Shown piece by piece: positions 8,114-15,405 of a stretch of DNA of 52,157 nucleotides. Origin of the DNA: a virus (lineage: Duplodnaviria; Caudoviricetes). A model generated the notes under the pieces. The model worked only from the letters and a program-made list of their open reading frames with translations. It was not told the DNA's origin and made no database searches. The stretch lies in the IMG/VR virus record IMGVR_UViG_3300027740_000010, positions 1 through 52,157 of that record. One strand, written 5' to 3'. Position 1 is the first letter of the stretch, and the number at the start of each line of letters is the position of its first letter. Position numbers and translations under genes: made by a program.

Positions 8114-8128
8114 AATGATGGGTTCGGC
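8062..8128 (-). mobile_element. Integron attC recombination site (attC-2)
   Basis: - strand GCCGAAC-CCATC-ATTTCAGG-...-CCTGAAT-TACATC-GTTAGAA; imperfect palindrome with canonical 5/6-nt spacers; overlaps the MTase 3' end. Confidence 0.78.
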
Positions 8129-8181
8129 GGCAACCATTAAGCATTATTTAACAGTTGGAGGATTTTGAAAGGAACATTAAA

Positions 8182-8433
8182 ATGCAAGAAGTTCTATATA
8201 TGATTTGGATACTCGAAGTACAACTAATCGGGCTGTTTGTTTTGTTATGGATACTTGGGATTGTATGGGAGTGGGTGGATAATAAGTGGAACCCTTACCT
8301 CCCGTTTTGTGACATAGACCCGCGATGTCATATAGCATTTGTGTGGGACAAGGATGGGAACGGCTGGATAGGCGACCATCTGGTATTACCTAACGTTGGG
8401 CAAAACAAATGGCTTGAGATTAGAGGAGACTAG
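8182..8433 (+). CDS. Small membrane protein
   Basis: AAGGA RBS; N-terminal TM helix. Confidence 0.55.
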   Translation: MQEVLYMIWILEVQLIGLFVLLWILGIVWEWVDNKWNPYLPFCDIDPRCHIAFVWDKDGNGWIGDHLVLPNVGQNKWLEIRGD

Positions 8434-8434
8434 T

Positions 8435-8686
8435 ATGAGCATTGAAGAAGAAGCAAAAGCGCAATTACACACATACGAAAAAGTATCTAAGACGGTGGCT
8501 AATATGCTAATAGACGAAATCACATCGATACGTCAGCAACTCGCACTGGCTGTTGCCGCGCTTGACCACATAGGTAACAAAGATGACAAAGATGACAGGT
8601 TTGCACGGGTTATCGCAAACGAAACTCGGATGCAGATTGCGTTGTTAGAGGTGGAAGCTTCGAGTGAGACTGCCAAATGCGTTTAG
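8435..8686 (+). CDS. Hypothetical coiled-coil protein
   Basis: GAGGAG RBS; ATG at 8435. Confidence 0.6.
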   Translation: MSIEEEAKAQLHTYEKVSKTVANMLIDEITSIRQQLALAVAALDHIGNKDDKDDRFARVIANETRMQIALLEVEASSETAKCV

Positions 8687-9729
8687 TAGCGATGGATTTA
8701 GAAACGCCGCAGGATGTACCAGAGTATGGGCTACAACCGTGGCGAGCAAAGACTGGCGAGGCTACTATTAAGTCGGTAGCGCTCTGGTCAGCAGACGGTG
8801 TGTTTAAGAGCGCAAAAGCTATGCCGTCTAAAAAGTATTTTGCAGAGGTGCTTGCTATCTGTGCCGAGCAGAAGTACGTTATATGTGGCTGGAACTTGCT
8901 GTTCGACATCGCATGGTTGATGGCAATAGGGCTAGAGCAAGAAGTAAAAGCCTGTACTTGGATTGACGGCATGCTAGTATTGAAACGTGTAGATGGCTGG
9001 CGCGACAAAGAGTATGGTGGCATAGGCTTTGGCCTGAAAGAAACAGTTGCTGACGTTTGGCCTGAGCTAGAAGAGTGGAGCCTAGGCGAAGATGTGACTA
9101 AAGTACCTCAAACTGAAGAGGAGTGGGGACGATTACTAACGTACAATTTGCTGGACTCGCAATACACTTGCCAGCTGACTGAGTTTTTCTGGAACCAACT
9201 AAGTCCTGAAGAACGCAAGGGTGCAAAAATTGAGATGTTGTGTTTGCCTGACATTGCGCTGTCATACATCAATGGCATAACGATTAACGTGGCTGCGCTG
9301 GATGAGTTGCAAGCATCAGTTACTGAGTCGCTTGCAGAGAACAGTGTCATCTTTGGCGCAGACCCCAAGATAGTAGCTTCGCCTGCCAAGTTAGGGCAGT
9401 TGTTGTTTGAAGAGTGGGGTTTCACACCAATCAAGAAGACACCAGCAGGTAAGCCTGCCACGGATAAAGAGACGTTGTTGAAGCTGGCGATTCAGCACCC
9501 TGACGACCCTCGCTTTGGTGCGTTGATGGCACTGCGTAAATGTAAAACACGCCAGTCAAAATTTATTGATGGGGTGCGTAAGTCGTTGGCGTACCATGGT
9601 GGGGACGTTACATACCCCAAGCCTGCAATTGCAGGCACGTACACCGGCCGGCTAACATATTCATCCAAGCAGAATGTTAAAGTCCCTCGCAAGGGCAAAA
9701 AGGAGACGGTAGATGAAAGCGACGAGTAA
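8677..9729 (+). CDS. polA: DNA polymerase family A, N-terminal part (3'-5' exonuclease + thumb)
   Basis: ExoI AMDLET, ExoII GWNLLFD, ExoIII YNLLD; SPAKLGQLLF; KKTPAGKPATDKETL; ends just after GTYTGRLTYSS. Confidence 0.9.
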   Translation: MRLVAMDLETPQDVPEYGLQPWRAKTGEATIKSVALWSADGVFKSAKAMPSKKYFAEVLAICAEQKYVICGWNLLFDIAWLMAIGLEQEVKACTWIDGMLVLKRVDGWRDKEYGGIGFGLKETVADVWPELEEWSLGEDVTKVPQTEEEWGRLLTYNLLDSQYTCQLTEFFWNQLSPEERKGAKIEMLCLPDIALSYINGITINVAALDELQASVTESLAENSVIFGADPKIVASPAKLGQLLFEEWGFTPIKKTPAGKPATDKETLLKLAIQHPDDPRFGALMALRKCKTRQSKFIDGVRKSLAYHGGDVTYPKPAIAGTYTGRLTYSSKQNVKVPRKGKKETVDESDE

Positions 9730-9775
9730 TAATGGCTACAACGTAAAACATTAAACTTAGTACAGGAGACATAAA

Positions 9776-9976
9776 ATGACACAGATTCTAACAGCTGGAC
9801 TTAGAGAAGCTTTACGTGCTGCGGCAGAGTTAGACCAAGAAGTTAAACAACGCGGATCATCAGAAGTTCGCACTGCGGCAATTGACTCGGTGATTGCGCG
9901 TGCCCACAAGTTGCATCCGAAGTCTTTTTACAGTGATGTATTCGACGCTAAAGGTAGATGGGTAGGTAAGCAGTAA
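9776..9976 (+). CDS. Hypothetical protein (between polA halves)
   Basis: AGGAG RBS. Confidence 0.65.
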   Translation: MTQILTAGLREALRAAAELDQEVKQRGSSEVRTAAIDSVIARAHKLHPKSFYSDVFDAKGRWVGKQ

Positions 9977-10248
9977 TGGGCGATGTTGTTAGTATTGCAC
10001 CTGTGCAGTCCACGGCTACAGGCGAGGCAGTGTGTATGCACTGCAAGCACGAGTGGGTGGCTGTTGCACCTACCGGCACGGCATGGCTGGACTGTCCAGA
10101 GTGCGGTACACAGAAAGGCGGGTTTAAATTCCCGTTTGGTGTAGCAGTCGGAGACATGCTGCTTGTTTGTGATTGTGGAAACGATATACTTTTTGTCACG
10201 CCAGCAGGGTGTTTGTGCCCTAACTGTGGCGAACTCTGGGAGGATTGA
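9976..10248 (+). CDS. Cys-rich Zn-finger protein (between polA halves)
   Basis: CMHC, CPECG, CDCG and CPNCG motifs; TAATG coupling. Confidence 0.75.
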   Translation: MGDVVSIAPVQSTATGEAVCMHCKHEWVAVAPTGTAWLDCPECGTQKGGFKFPFGVAVGDMLLVCDCGNDILFVTPAGCLCPNCGELWED

Positions 10249-10249
10249 T

Positions 10250-10438
10250 ATGCAACTTGAAAAAATGGAATATTTGGGTGATGGTGTTTATTGTGGGCAC
10301 GATGGCTATCAGGTATGGCTAACAACAGGCAGCCATGAAAACGAACCATTGGTGGCACTTGAGCCTTCAGTTATGAAAAAGCTGGTGTCTTATGCTGTGT
10401 CAGTATTCGGAGACAGTGTTGTGAAAGGCGTCCAATGA
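10250..10438 (+). CDS. Hypothetical protein (between polA halves)
   Basis: GGAGG RBS; MQLEKMEYLGDGVYCGHDGYQVWLTT. Confidence 0.7.
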   Translation: MQLEKMEYLGDGVYCGHDGYQVWLTTGSHENEPLVALEPSVMKKLVSYAVSVFGDSVVKGVQ

Positions 10439-10713
10439 TTGAAAAGAGCTGGAAAACTATTGTTTTGCTGGGCAAGTACGATATGGTATATGAGTGTCCT
10501 GTGTGTCAATGCAGGTATTTAGAGCAGGCAGACGGGTATCTGCCAAATATTCATGACCACACCTGTAACTGCGGTTTTCATGAGGTACTTGAAGTCGCAT
10601 ACCAACGACTCACCTCTGAAGGTGACTGGGTTGCCGTGAACCCTGAAGACATTCCACACTACAAATCTCGCGGACAGCTTATCCGTAACCTTTATGCAGG
10701 GGAGCCTTACTGA
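10435..10713 (+). CDS. Hypothetical Cys-containing protein (between polA halves)
   Basis: ATGA overlap upstream; TGATG overlap with polA-C downstream. Confidence 0.6.
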   Translation: MIEKSWKTIVLLGKYDMVYECPVCQCRYLEQADGYLPNIHDHTCNCGFHEVLEVAYQRLTSEGDWVAVNPEDIPHYKSRGQLIRNLYAGEPY

Positions 10714-12518
10714 TGGAACTACCTACAGGAATCGCTTTGCACCAATGGGAGCGTGGCAAGGCGGCACGTAACATCTTGACGGCACCTGACGGTTATTTGC
10801 TTGCAGAGTTCGATGCTAGCGGTCAGGAAATGCGCTTGATGGCTGACATCTCGCAGGACTCTACAATGCTTTCACTGTTCGAGCAAGGCATTGACGCTCA
10901 CGCTTACATGGGCGCGTCAATTGAACGACTTGACTGGCACTGGGTGCATGACGAACAGGATAATGACCCCAAGGCGAAAGCTGCTCGGTATCTAGGGAAA
11001 TTCTGCATTGCAGAAGGAGAGCTTGTATTGACTGACAGGGGACTTGTACCTATCGAGCAAGTTCTGCTTGCAGATAGAGTATGGGATGGGATAGAATGGG
11101 TGACACATACAGGGGCAGTGTACCAAGGAGAAAAACATGTCATCACCTATCAAGGACTTACCGCCACAGAAGACCATCGAGTGTATTTGGAAGACGGAAC
11201 AAACTGCTGGTTTTCAGAAGCCTCCGAAAAGAACTATTGTCTCGCTAAAACAGGAGATGGTAGGACTGCGATTCGGGTGGTGGGAGATCGCTGGTATAGC
11301 GGTAACTATAAAGAACACAGAGACGTATCTGGACTGTGTATGCATGAAATGTCAGCGTCCGTACCAAGTAGCCAAGATGAATTTGTTGTCAGGGAAAAGT
11401 GTCCAGTGCAAGAGCTGTGCAATGAAACAACGTCACGAAAAACAGGGTCACGCACTCATTGCAAACCACACCGAATACTTGGTACAAAAAAGATGCAACG
11501 CAATGGCTCAACGCTGCCAAAACAAAACAGACAAATCGTTCAAAAATTATGGTGCGCGAGGAGTCCAATTCAATTTCGAGTCAGTGGCGGAAGCTATTGC
11601 GTATGTTCTGGAGACACTGCCACATGCGACGTATCAAGGACTGGACATAGACCGAATAGACAACAACGGTCATTACGAGGCAGGCAACTTAAGATTAGTA
11701 TCTCGAAAGGACAATCTAAACAACACGCGGCGAAACACGTTCATAGAGTGGCAAGAGCACTTTATTCCAAGAGTACATGTGTACCATGTACTAAGATCGT
11801 TATATCCAGAAGTGCTTTACACGGAATTAACGGTTCAAAGCCTTGTTTCCAAGGGGCTAGGACTGGAGGAAATTCGAGACAGATACCACAGCCTACGGAG
11901 TTGCAAACCAAAAGGGTGTGGGACATTACCAATGCCGGACCGAGGCATTGCTATACTGTATCTGGATTCTTAGTTTTCAATAGCAATCTTAGTCTCCAGT
12001 ATAGAATTGGCGTAGAGACCATGATGGTGCGTGCGTTAACTGGATATGACTTGCAGCTGACACAGCCGCGTGCTGCCCACATAAAGCACACGTACCTATC
12101 GACATATCCCGGCATTCCAGTATACTGGAATACAGCTATACAGAAAGCAAGAGCGCTAGGCTATGCCGAAACAAAAGGTCATCGCCGCTTAGCCACTCCG
12201 AACATGTCAGACTGGAAGCAGCAACAAACTGCGATCAACCTACCGGTGCAAGGGACGGGAGCTGACATGAAAGAACTTGCTATTGCCGTGTGCAGACCGT
12301 TGTTCGACAACAGCTGTATTTACGCATGGGATTTGCATGACGCGCTGTTCATCTATATCAAGGACGACGCGAAAGCAAAAGGTAAAGTGCTACTGATTCA
12401 AGACGTACTTAACAACCTGCCATATCAAAAGGCATGGGGCTGGACACCATCAGTAGGGTTACCGTGGGATTGTAAATTTGGCAAAACATGGGGAACATTA
12501 AAAGGAGTAGAGAAATGA
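10713..12518 (+). CDS. polA: DNA polymerase family A, C-terminal part (palm/fingers), intein-containing
   Basis: GGGGAG RBS; motif A LAEFDASGQEMR; motif B RYLGKF|SNLSLQY interrupted by the intein; NLPVQGTGAD; motif C LHDAL. Confidence 0.92.
   Translation: MELPTGIALHQWERGKAARNILTAPDGYLLAEFDASGQEMRLMADISQDSTMLSLFEQGIDAHAYMGASIERLDWHWVHDEQDNDPKAKAARYLGKFCIAEGELVLTDRGLVPIEQVLLADRVWDGIEWVTHTGAVYQGEKHVITYQGLTATEDHRVYLEDGTNCWFSEASEKNYCLAKTGDGRTAIRVVGDRWYSGNYKEHRDVSGLCMHEMSASVPSSQDEFVVREKCPVQELCNETTSRKTGSRTHCKPHRILGTKKMQRNGSTLPKQNRQIVQKLWCARSPIQFRVSGGSYCVCSGDTATCDVSRTGHRPNRQQRSLRGRQLKISISKGQSKQHAAKHVHRVARALYSKSTCVPCTKIVISRSALHGINGSKPCFQGARTGGNSRQIPQPTELQTKRVWDITNAGPRHCYTVSGFLVFNSNLSLQYRIGVETMMVRALTGYDLQLTQPRAAHIKHTYLSTYPGIPVYWNTAIQKARALGYAETKGHRRLATPNMSDWKQQQTAINLPVQGTGADMKELAIAVCRPLFDNSCIYAWDLHDALFIYIKDDAKAKGKVLLIQDVLNNLPYQKAWGWTPSVGLPWDCKFGKTWGTLKGVEK
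11004..11981 (+). mobile_element. Intein (326 aa) in PolA motif B
   Basis: Begins CIAEGELVLTDRGLVPIEQV; block B TATEDHRV; ends RVWDITNAGPRHCYTVSGFLVFN; +1 Ser; removing it restores RYLGKFSNLSLQY. Confidence 0.92.
11137..11973 (+). CDS. HNH-family homing endonuclease nested in the +1 frame inside the intein
   Basis: AAGGAG 6 nt upstream of ATG 11137; GLRFGWW..CVCMKC..LLSGKSVQCKSC; MAQRCQN..YGARGV; DIDRIDNNGHYEAGNLRLVSRKDNLNNTRRN. Confidence 0.88.
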   Translation: MSSPIKDLPPQKTIECIWKTEQTAGFQKPPKRTIVSLKQEMVGLRFGWWEIAGIAVTIKNTETYLDCVCMKCQRPYQVAKMNLLSGKSVQCKSCAMKQRHEKQGHALIANHTEYLVQKRCNAMAQRCQNKTDKSFKNYGARGVQFNFESVAEAIAYVLETLPHATYQGLDIDRIDNNGHYEAGNLRLVSRKDNLNNTRRNTFIEWQEHFIPRVHVYHVLRSLYPEVLYTELTVQSLVSKGLGLEEIRDRYHSLRSCKPKGCGTLPMPDRGIAILYLDS

Positions 12519-12703
12519 GCCATTTATGTATTGTAGATCGTATTGAGCCTACTGGCACTGAAGGAATGTTTAAAGCGTACTTAGGTGTTCGCAGCAAGCC
12601 TACTGACGGGTTTCACGGTCTTGCAATAGAAGTAACCGGTAAGAACTTGACAGAGTGTGTACAGCGTACTCACGTTGTTCTAATGGCGTTTAACAAGGAG
12701 TAG
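12515..12703 (+). CDS. Hypothetical protein
   Basis: AAGGAG RBS; ATGA overlap with the polA-C stop. Confidence 0.65.
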   Translation: MSHLCIVDRIEPTGTEGMFKAYLGVRSKPTDGFHGLAIEVTGKNLTECVQRTHVVLMAFNKE

Positions 12704-12707
12704 CAAC

Positions 12708-12884
12708 ATGAAAACCGATCTCGAAGATTTTGGGGCCTATATTATAATCATTGCCGTGTTAGCTGCACTTACAGGCACCGTCACTCACTGTATTAGAGAG
12801 CACGAGCGTGTCGCACAGTGTGAAAAAGATGGTGGTGTTTACAAACGAATACAGCACGAAACCGTCTGTATCAAAGCATCTTAG
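12708..12884 (+). CDS. Small single-TM protein with CxxxGGxY...C motif (58 aa; not in ORF track)
   Basis: AAGGAG RBS; MKTDLEDFGAYIIIIAVLAAL...QCEKDGGVYKRIQHETVCIKAS. Confidence 0.65.
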   Translation: MKTDLEDFGAYIIIIAVLAALTGTVTHCIREHERVAQCEKDGGVYKRIQHETVCIKAS

Positions 12885-12893
12885 GAGATTGAA

Positions 12894-12995
12894 ATGAGTG
12901 AGGATTTTTGTAAAGGCGTGGTCGTTGGATACGTTATCGGGGTAACTGCTATAAGTATTGTAGCAGCTATCGGGATTGTCGTATCATGGCTTTAA
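12894..12995 (+). CDS. 33-aa hydrophobic peptide
   Basis: AGGAG RBS; MSEDFCKGVVVGYVIGVTAISIVAAIGIVVSWL. Confidence 0.5.
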   Translation: MSEDFCKGVVVGYVIGVTAISIVAAIGIVVSWL

Positions 12996-13669
12996 AAGGC
13001 TGGAGTTACAGCAGTCTCACATCATTCGAAAACTGCCCGCTTCAGTTCTACAAGACGCGAGTATCAAAAGATGTGATCGACAATGGCTCTGAAGCCACGC
13101 GTGAAGGCACACGAGTTCACAGAGCGCTAGAGTTACGCATTCGTGATGGCGAAGCCTTGCCCCCTGACATGAATAACCTAGCAGGGCTTGCAGACTCTGT
13201 CGCCATGTTCGACGGCGACATCTATACAGAACGCCCGTTCGCAGTGAACGCCAATCTTGAGCCTGTGTTCGTACCAGTCGTGAACGATAAACCGCAGTGG
13301 CCCGACGACGCATGGTGCAAGTGCGTGACTGACTTGTTAGCGGTCAAGAATACCAGAGCTGCAGCAATGGACTGGAAGAACGGCAAGGTGCGCCCAGACA
13401 GCAAGCAGTTAATGTTAAACGCGGTACTTATCTTTGCAACGATTCCAGAGATCATGGTGATTGACACCTCGTTCGTATGGCTAAAGTACAATCAGACAAC
13501 AGATGATCAGTTCAAACGCGAAGACCAAAAGTTTATATGGGCCACGTTCTTGCCACGAGTTGCCCGGCTAGAAAAGGCTTACGAGAAAAACGTGTGGCCT
13601 GCCAAGCCTAGTGGCTTGTGTGGCTGGTGTCCATGTACCAAAAAAGATTGTCAGTTCGCTAAAAAATAA
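12986..13669 (+). CDS. PD-(D/E)XK RecB/Cas4-like exonuclease
   Basis: WSYSSLTSFENCP; GTRVHRALE; D..MDWKNGK; QLMLNA; C-terminal LCGWCPC...C. Confidence 0.85.
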   Translation: MALKGWSYSSLTSFENCPLQFYKTRVSKDVIDNGSEATREGTRVHRALELRIRDGEALPPDMNNLAGLADSVAMFDGDIYTERPFAVNANLEPVFVPVVNDKPQWPDDAWCKCVTDLLAVKNTRAAAMDWKNGKVRPDSKQLMLNAVLIFATIPEIMVIDTSFVWLKYNQTTDDQFKREDQKFIWATFLPRVARLEKAYEKNVWPAKPSGLCGWCPCTKKDCQFAKK

Positions 13670-13680
13670 AGGAGACTTAA

Positions 13681-13959
13681 ATGCCGATGATGGCTAGTGA
13701 AAAACAGCGAAGGCGTACCGTTTTAATTAGACAACTTTGCCCTAAACCGGAGGACATCAAGGACGAAGCTCTGTGGCTTGTGCGTCAAAAACGACCAGAA
13801 CTACATAGAATGGATGTAGGGTACGTTGCATACCATGCATTCAAAGCTTATTGCAAAGAAACAGCAGAACTTTTCTGGAGTAAAGGTAAACAAGTTCACG
13901 CATTATATTTTAGAACACGCATGAGTCACTTCATTGATGAGCAATTGAAGGGTTATTAA
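13681..13959 (+). CDS. Hypothetical protein
   Basis: AAGGAG RBS. Confidence 0.6.
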   Translation: MPMMASEKQRRRTVLIRQLCPKPEDIKDEALWLVRQKRPELHRMDVGYVAYHAFKAYCKETAELFWSKGKQVHALYFRTRMSHFIDEQLKGY

Positions 13960-13996
13960 ATGACAGTGATAAAATCGAGACAACAAGGGGTAACAG

Positions 13997-14137
13997 ATGC
14001 AGATATACCTTAACTATTTTCTGCTTGTCCAGTTCGCAGTGCTTGCCATCGCTTGGTTTTCTAGCGGTGAAAAGATGCAAGGGCTTTACTGGGCAGGTGC
14101 TTTTCTCTGTACCTGCGGTGTTACGTTTGGACAATAA
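13997..14137 (+). CDS. 46-aa two-TM membrane peptide (not in ORF track)
   Basis: AAGGGG RBS; MQIYLNYFLLVQFAVLAIAWFSSGEKMQGLYWAGAFLCTCGVTFGQ. Confidence 0.55.
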   Translation: MQIYLNYFLLVQFAVLAIAWFSSGEKMQGLYWAGAFLCTCGVTFGQ

Positions 14138-14147
14138 GGAGTATTAA

Positions 14148-14666
14148 ATGGATGTAATGAGCGATTTAGAAACATTAGGTACGAACAGTAATGCCGTGAT
14201 TTTATCGGTCGGTTCGATAGAGTTCGACATTAAGAACGACAAGCTAGGGCGCAAGTTCTACGTTAACATAGACCCACAAAGCTGTATTGACGCAGGTCTA
14301 GTCATGGACGTATCTACCATCATGTGGTGGATGGCGCAGTCCGATGAAGCGCGTGCTGCGTTCAAGGCGCAGTCATACCCTCTTAAAGACTGCCTCGCTG
14401 CATTCTCTGAATGGTATCCAAAAGGTGCTCAGTTATGGGGCAACGGCGCGACGTTCGACAACGTGATCTTGGCTAACGCGTACAAAGCAGTCGGCATGAA
14501 ACAACCGTGGCTATACACCGCTGATCGCTGCTACCGTACGTTGAGAGCAGTACACTGCGACGTGGAAGCGGACGCGACAAACGGTGTAAAACATAACGCC
14601 CTTGCTGATGCTAAGTACCAAGCACTGCATGCTCTTAAAATCTACAAAGCGAAAGGACTGTTATGA
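14148..14666 (+). CDS. DEDDh 3'-5' exonuclease (Rv2179c/ExoVIII N-terminal-like)
   Basis: MSDLETLG; WGNGATFDNVIL; RCYRTL; HNALADA. Confidence 0.9.
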   Translation: MDVMSDLETLGTNSNAVILSVGSIEFDIKNDKLGRKFYVNIDPQSCIDAGLVMDVSTIMWWMAQSDEARAAFKAQSYPLKDCLAAFSEWYPKGAQLWGNGATFDNVILANAYKAVGMKQPWLYTADRCYRTLRAVHCDVEADATNGVKHNALADAKYQALHALKIYKAKGLL

Positions 14667-14851
14667 TTGGCGCAGACCACCCTACTTACAACACAAAAGT
14701 AGAGCTTGAACGTGACAAGGCGTGCCGTGGAGAGTTATGTTTGAAGTGTCACGGAACCAATATAAAATGTGTTAGTTCCAATCCAGACGGCATAGCGATG
14801 AATTATTGTTATGAGTGTTTAGAGTGCAATAATAAATGGGAAGGGTACTGA
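14663..14851 (+). CDS. Zn-ribbon protein
   Basis: CLKC...YECLECNNKW. Confidence 0.6.
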   Translation: MIGADHPTYNTKVELERDKACRGELCLKCHGTNIKCVSSNPDGIAMNYCYECLECNNKWEGY

Positions 14852-14852
14852 T

Positions 14853-15143
14853 ATGAGCAAAGGACCAGAGGCGAAGGTGAAGGATACCGTAAGAAAGCTG
14901 CTAATTAAGTACGAGGTTTATTATCACATGCCGGTCCTCAATGGAATGGGAAGACAGACGCTTGACTTTGTGTGTTGCCACGATGGTCACTTCTTTGCCA
15001 TTGAAACCAAGGCGGCAGGCAAGCACCTTACACTGCGCCAAGAAAATACGAAGTCAGACATTGAATTTGCGCATGGAAAAGTGTTTGTTGTTGAAGGCGA
15101 AAAGGGTATGATTGAGTTAGAAGACTGGCTGCGGGGAGACTGA
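14853..15143 (+). CDS. VRR-NUC domain nuclease
   Basis: PEAKVKDTV; LDFVCC; FFAIETKA; LTLRQ. Confidence 0.88.
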   Translation: MSKGPEAKVKDTVRKLLIKYEVYYHMPVLNGMGRQTLDFVCCHDGHFFAIETKAAGKHLTLRQENTKSDIEFAHGKVFVVEGEKGMIELEDWLRGD

Positions 15144-15144
15144 C

Positions 15145-15405
15145 ATGGCTTACGATCGAGATTACGACACAGAGTATGCAAACTCTAAAAAGAACGGTAA
15201 CTACAAAAAGAAACTTTTGCGCGATCAAGCACGCCGCAAAATGGTTAAACTGGGCAGAGCGAAAAAAGGTGACGGCAAGGACATAGACCATAAGGTTCCA
15301 CTTGACCACGGTGGTAGTGCGTTGGGGTTGCATAACCTAAGAGCAGTTTCTGTTCACGCAAACAGGTCTTTTGAGCGTACTAAAACAGGTGGGGTAAAGC
15401 GCTAG
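15145..15405 (+). CDS. Small HNH endonuclease
   Basis: GDGKDIDHKVPLDHGGS...NLRAVSVHANRS. Confidence 0.85.
   Translation: MAYDRDYDTEYANSKKNGNYKKKLLRDQARRKMVKLGRAKKGDGKDIDHKVPLDHGGSALGLHNLRAVSVHANRSFERTKTGGVKR

Noticed and set aside
7625-8137. Several antisense and alternate-frame ORFs over the MTase
   Set aside because: Expected from high GC content; no RBS or motifs, unlike the nested HNH in the intein.
8388-8430. ACCTAAC as a further attC site
   Set aside because: No palindromic L boxes or matching GTT core at a suitable distance.
9660-10760. Split intein or group I/II intron joining the polA halves
   Set aside because: No Hint blocks at either junction; the gap is filled by four coupled ORFs with no recognisable intron core. 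Only RT-PCR can fully exclude splicing.
13990-14125. Long imperfect hairpins suggesting an ncRNA
   Set aside because: The interval is fully explained by a 46-aa membrane-peptide ORF with an RBS (13997-14137); the pairing relies heavily on G-U.
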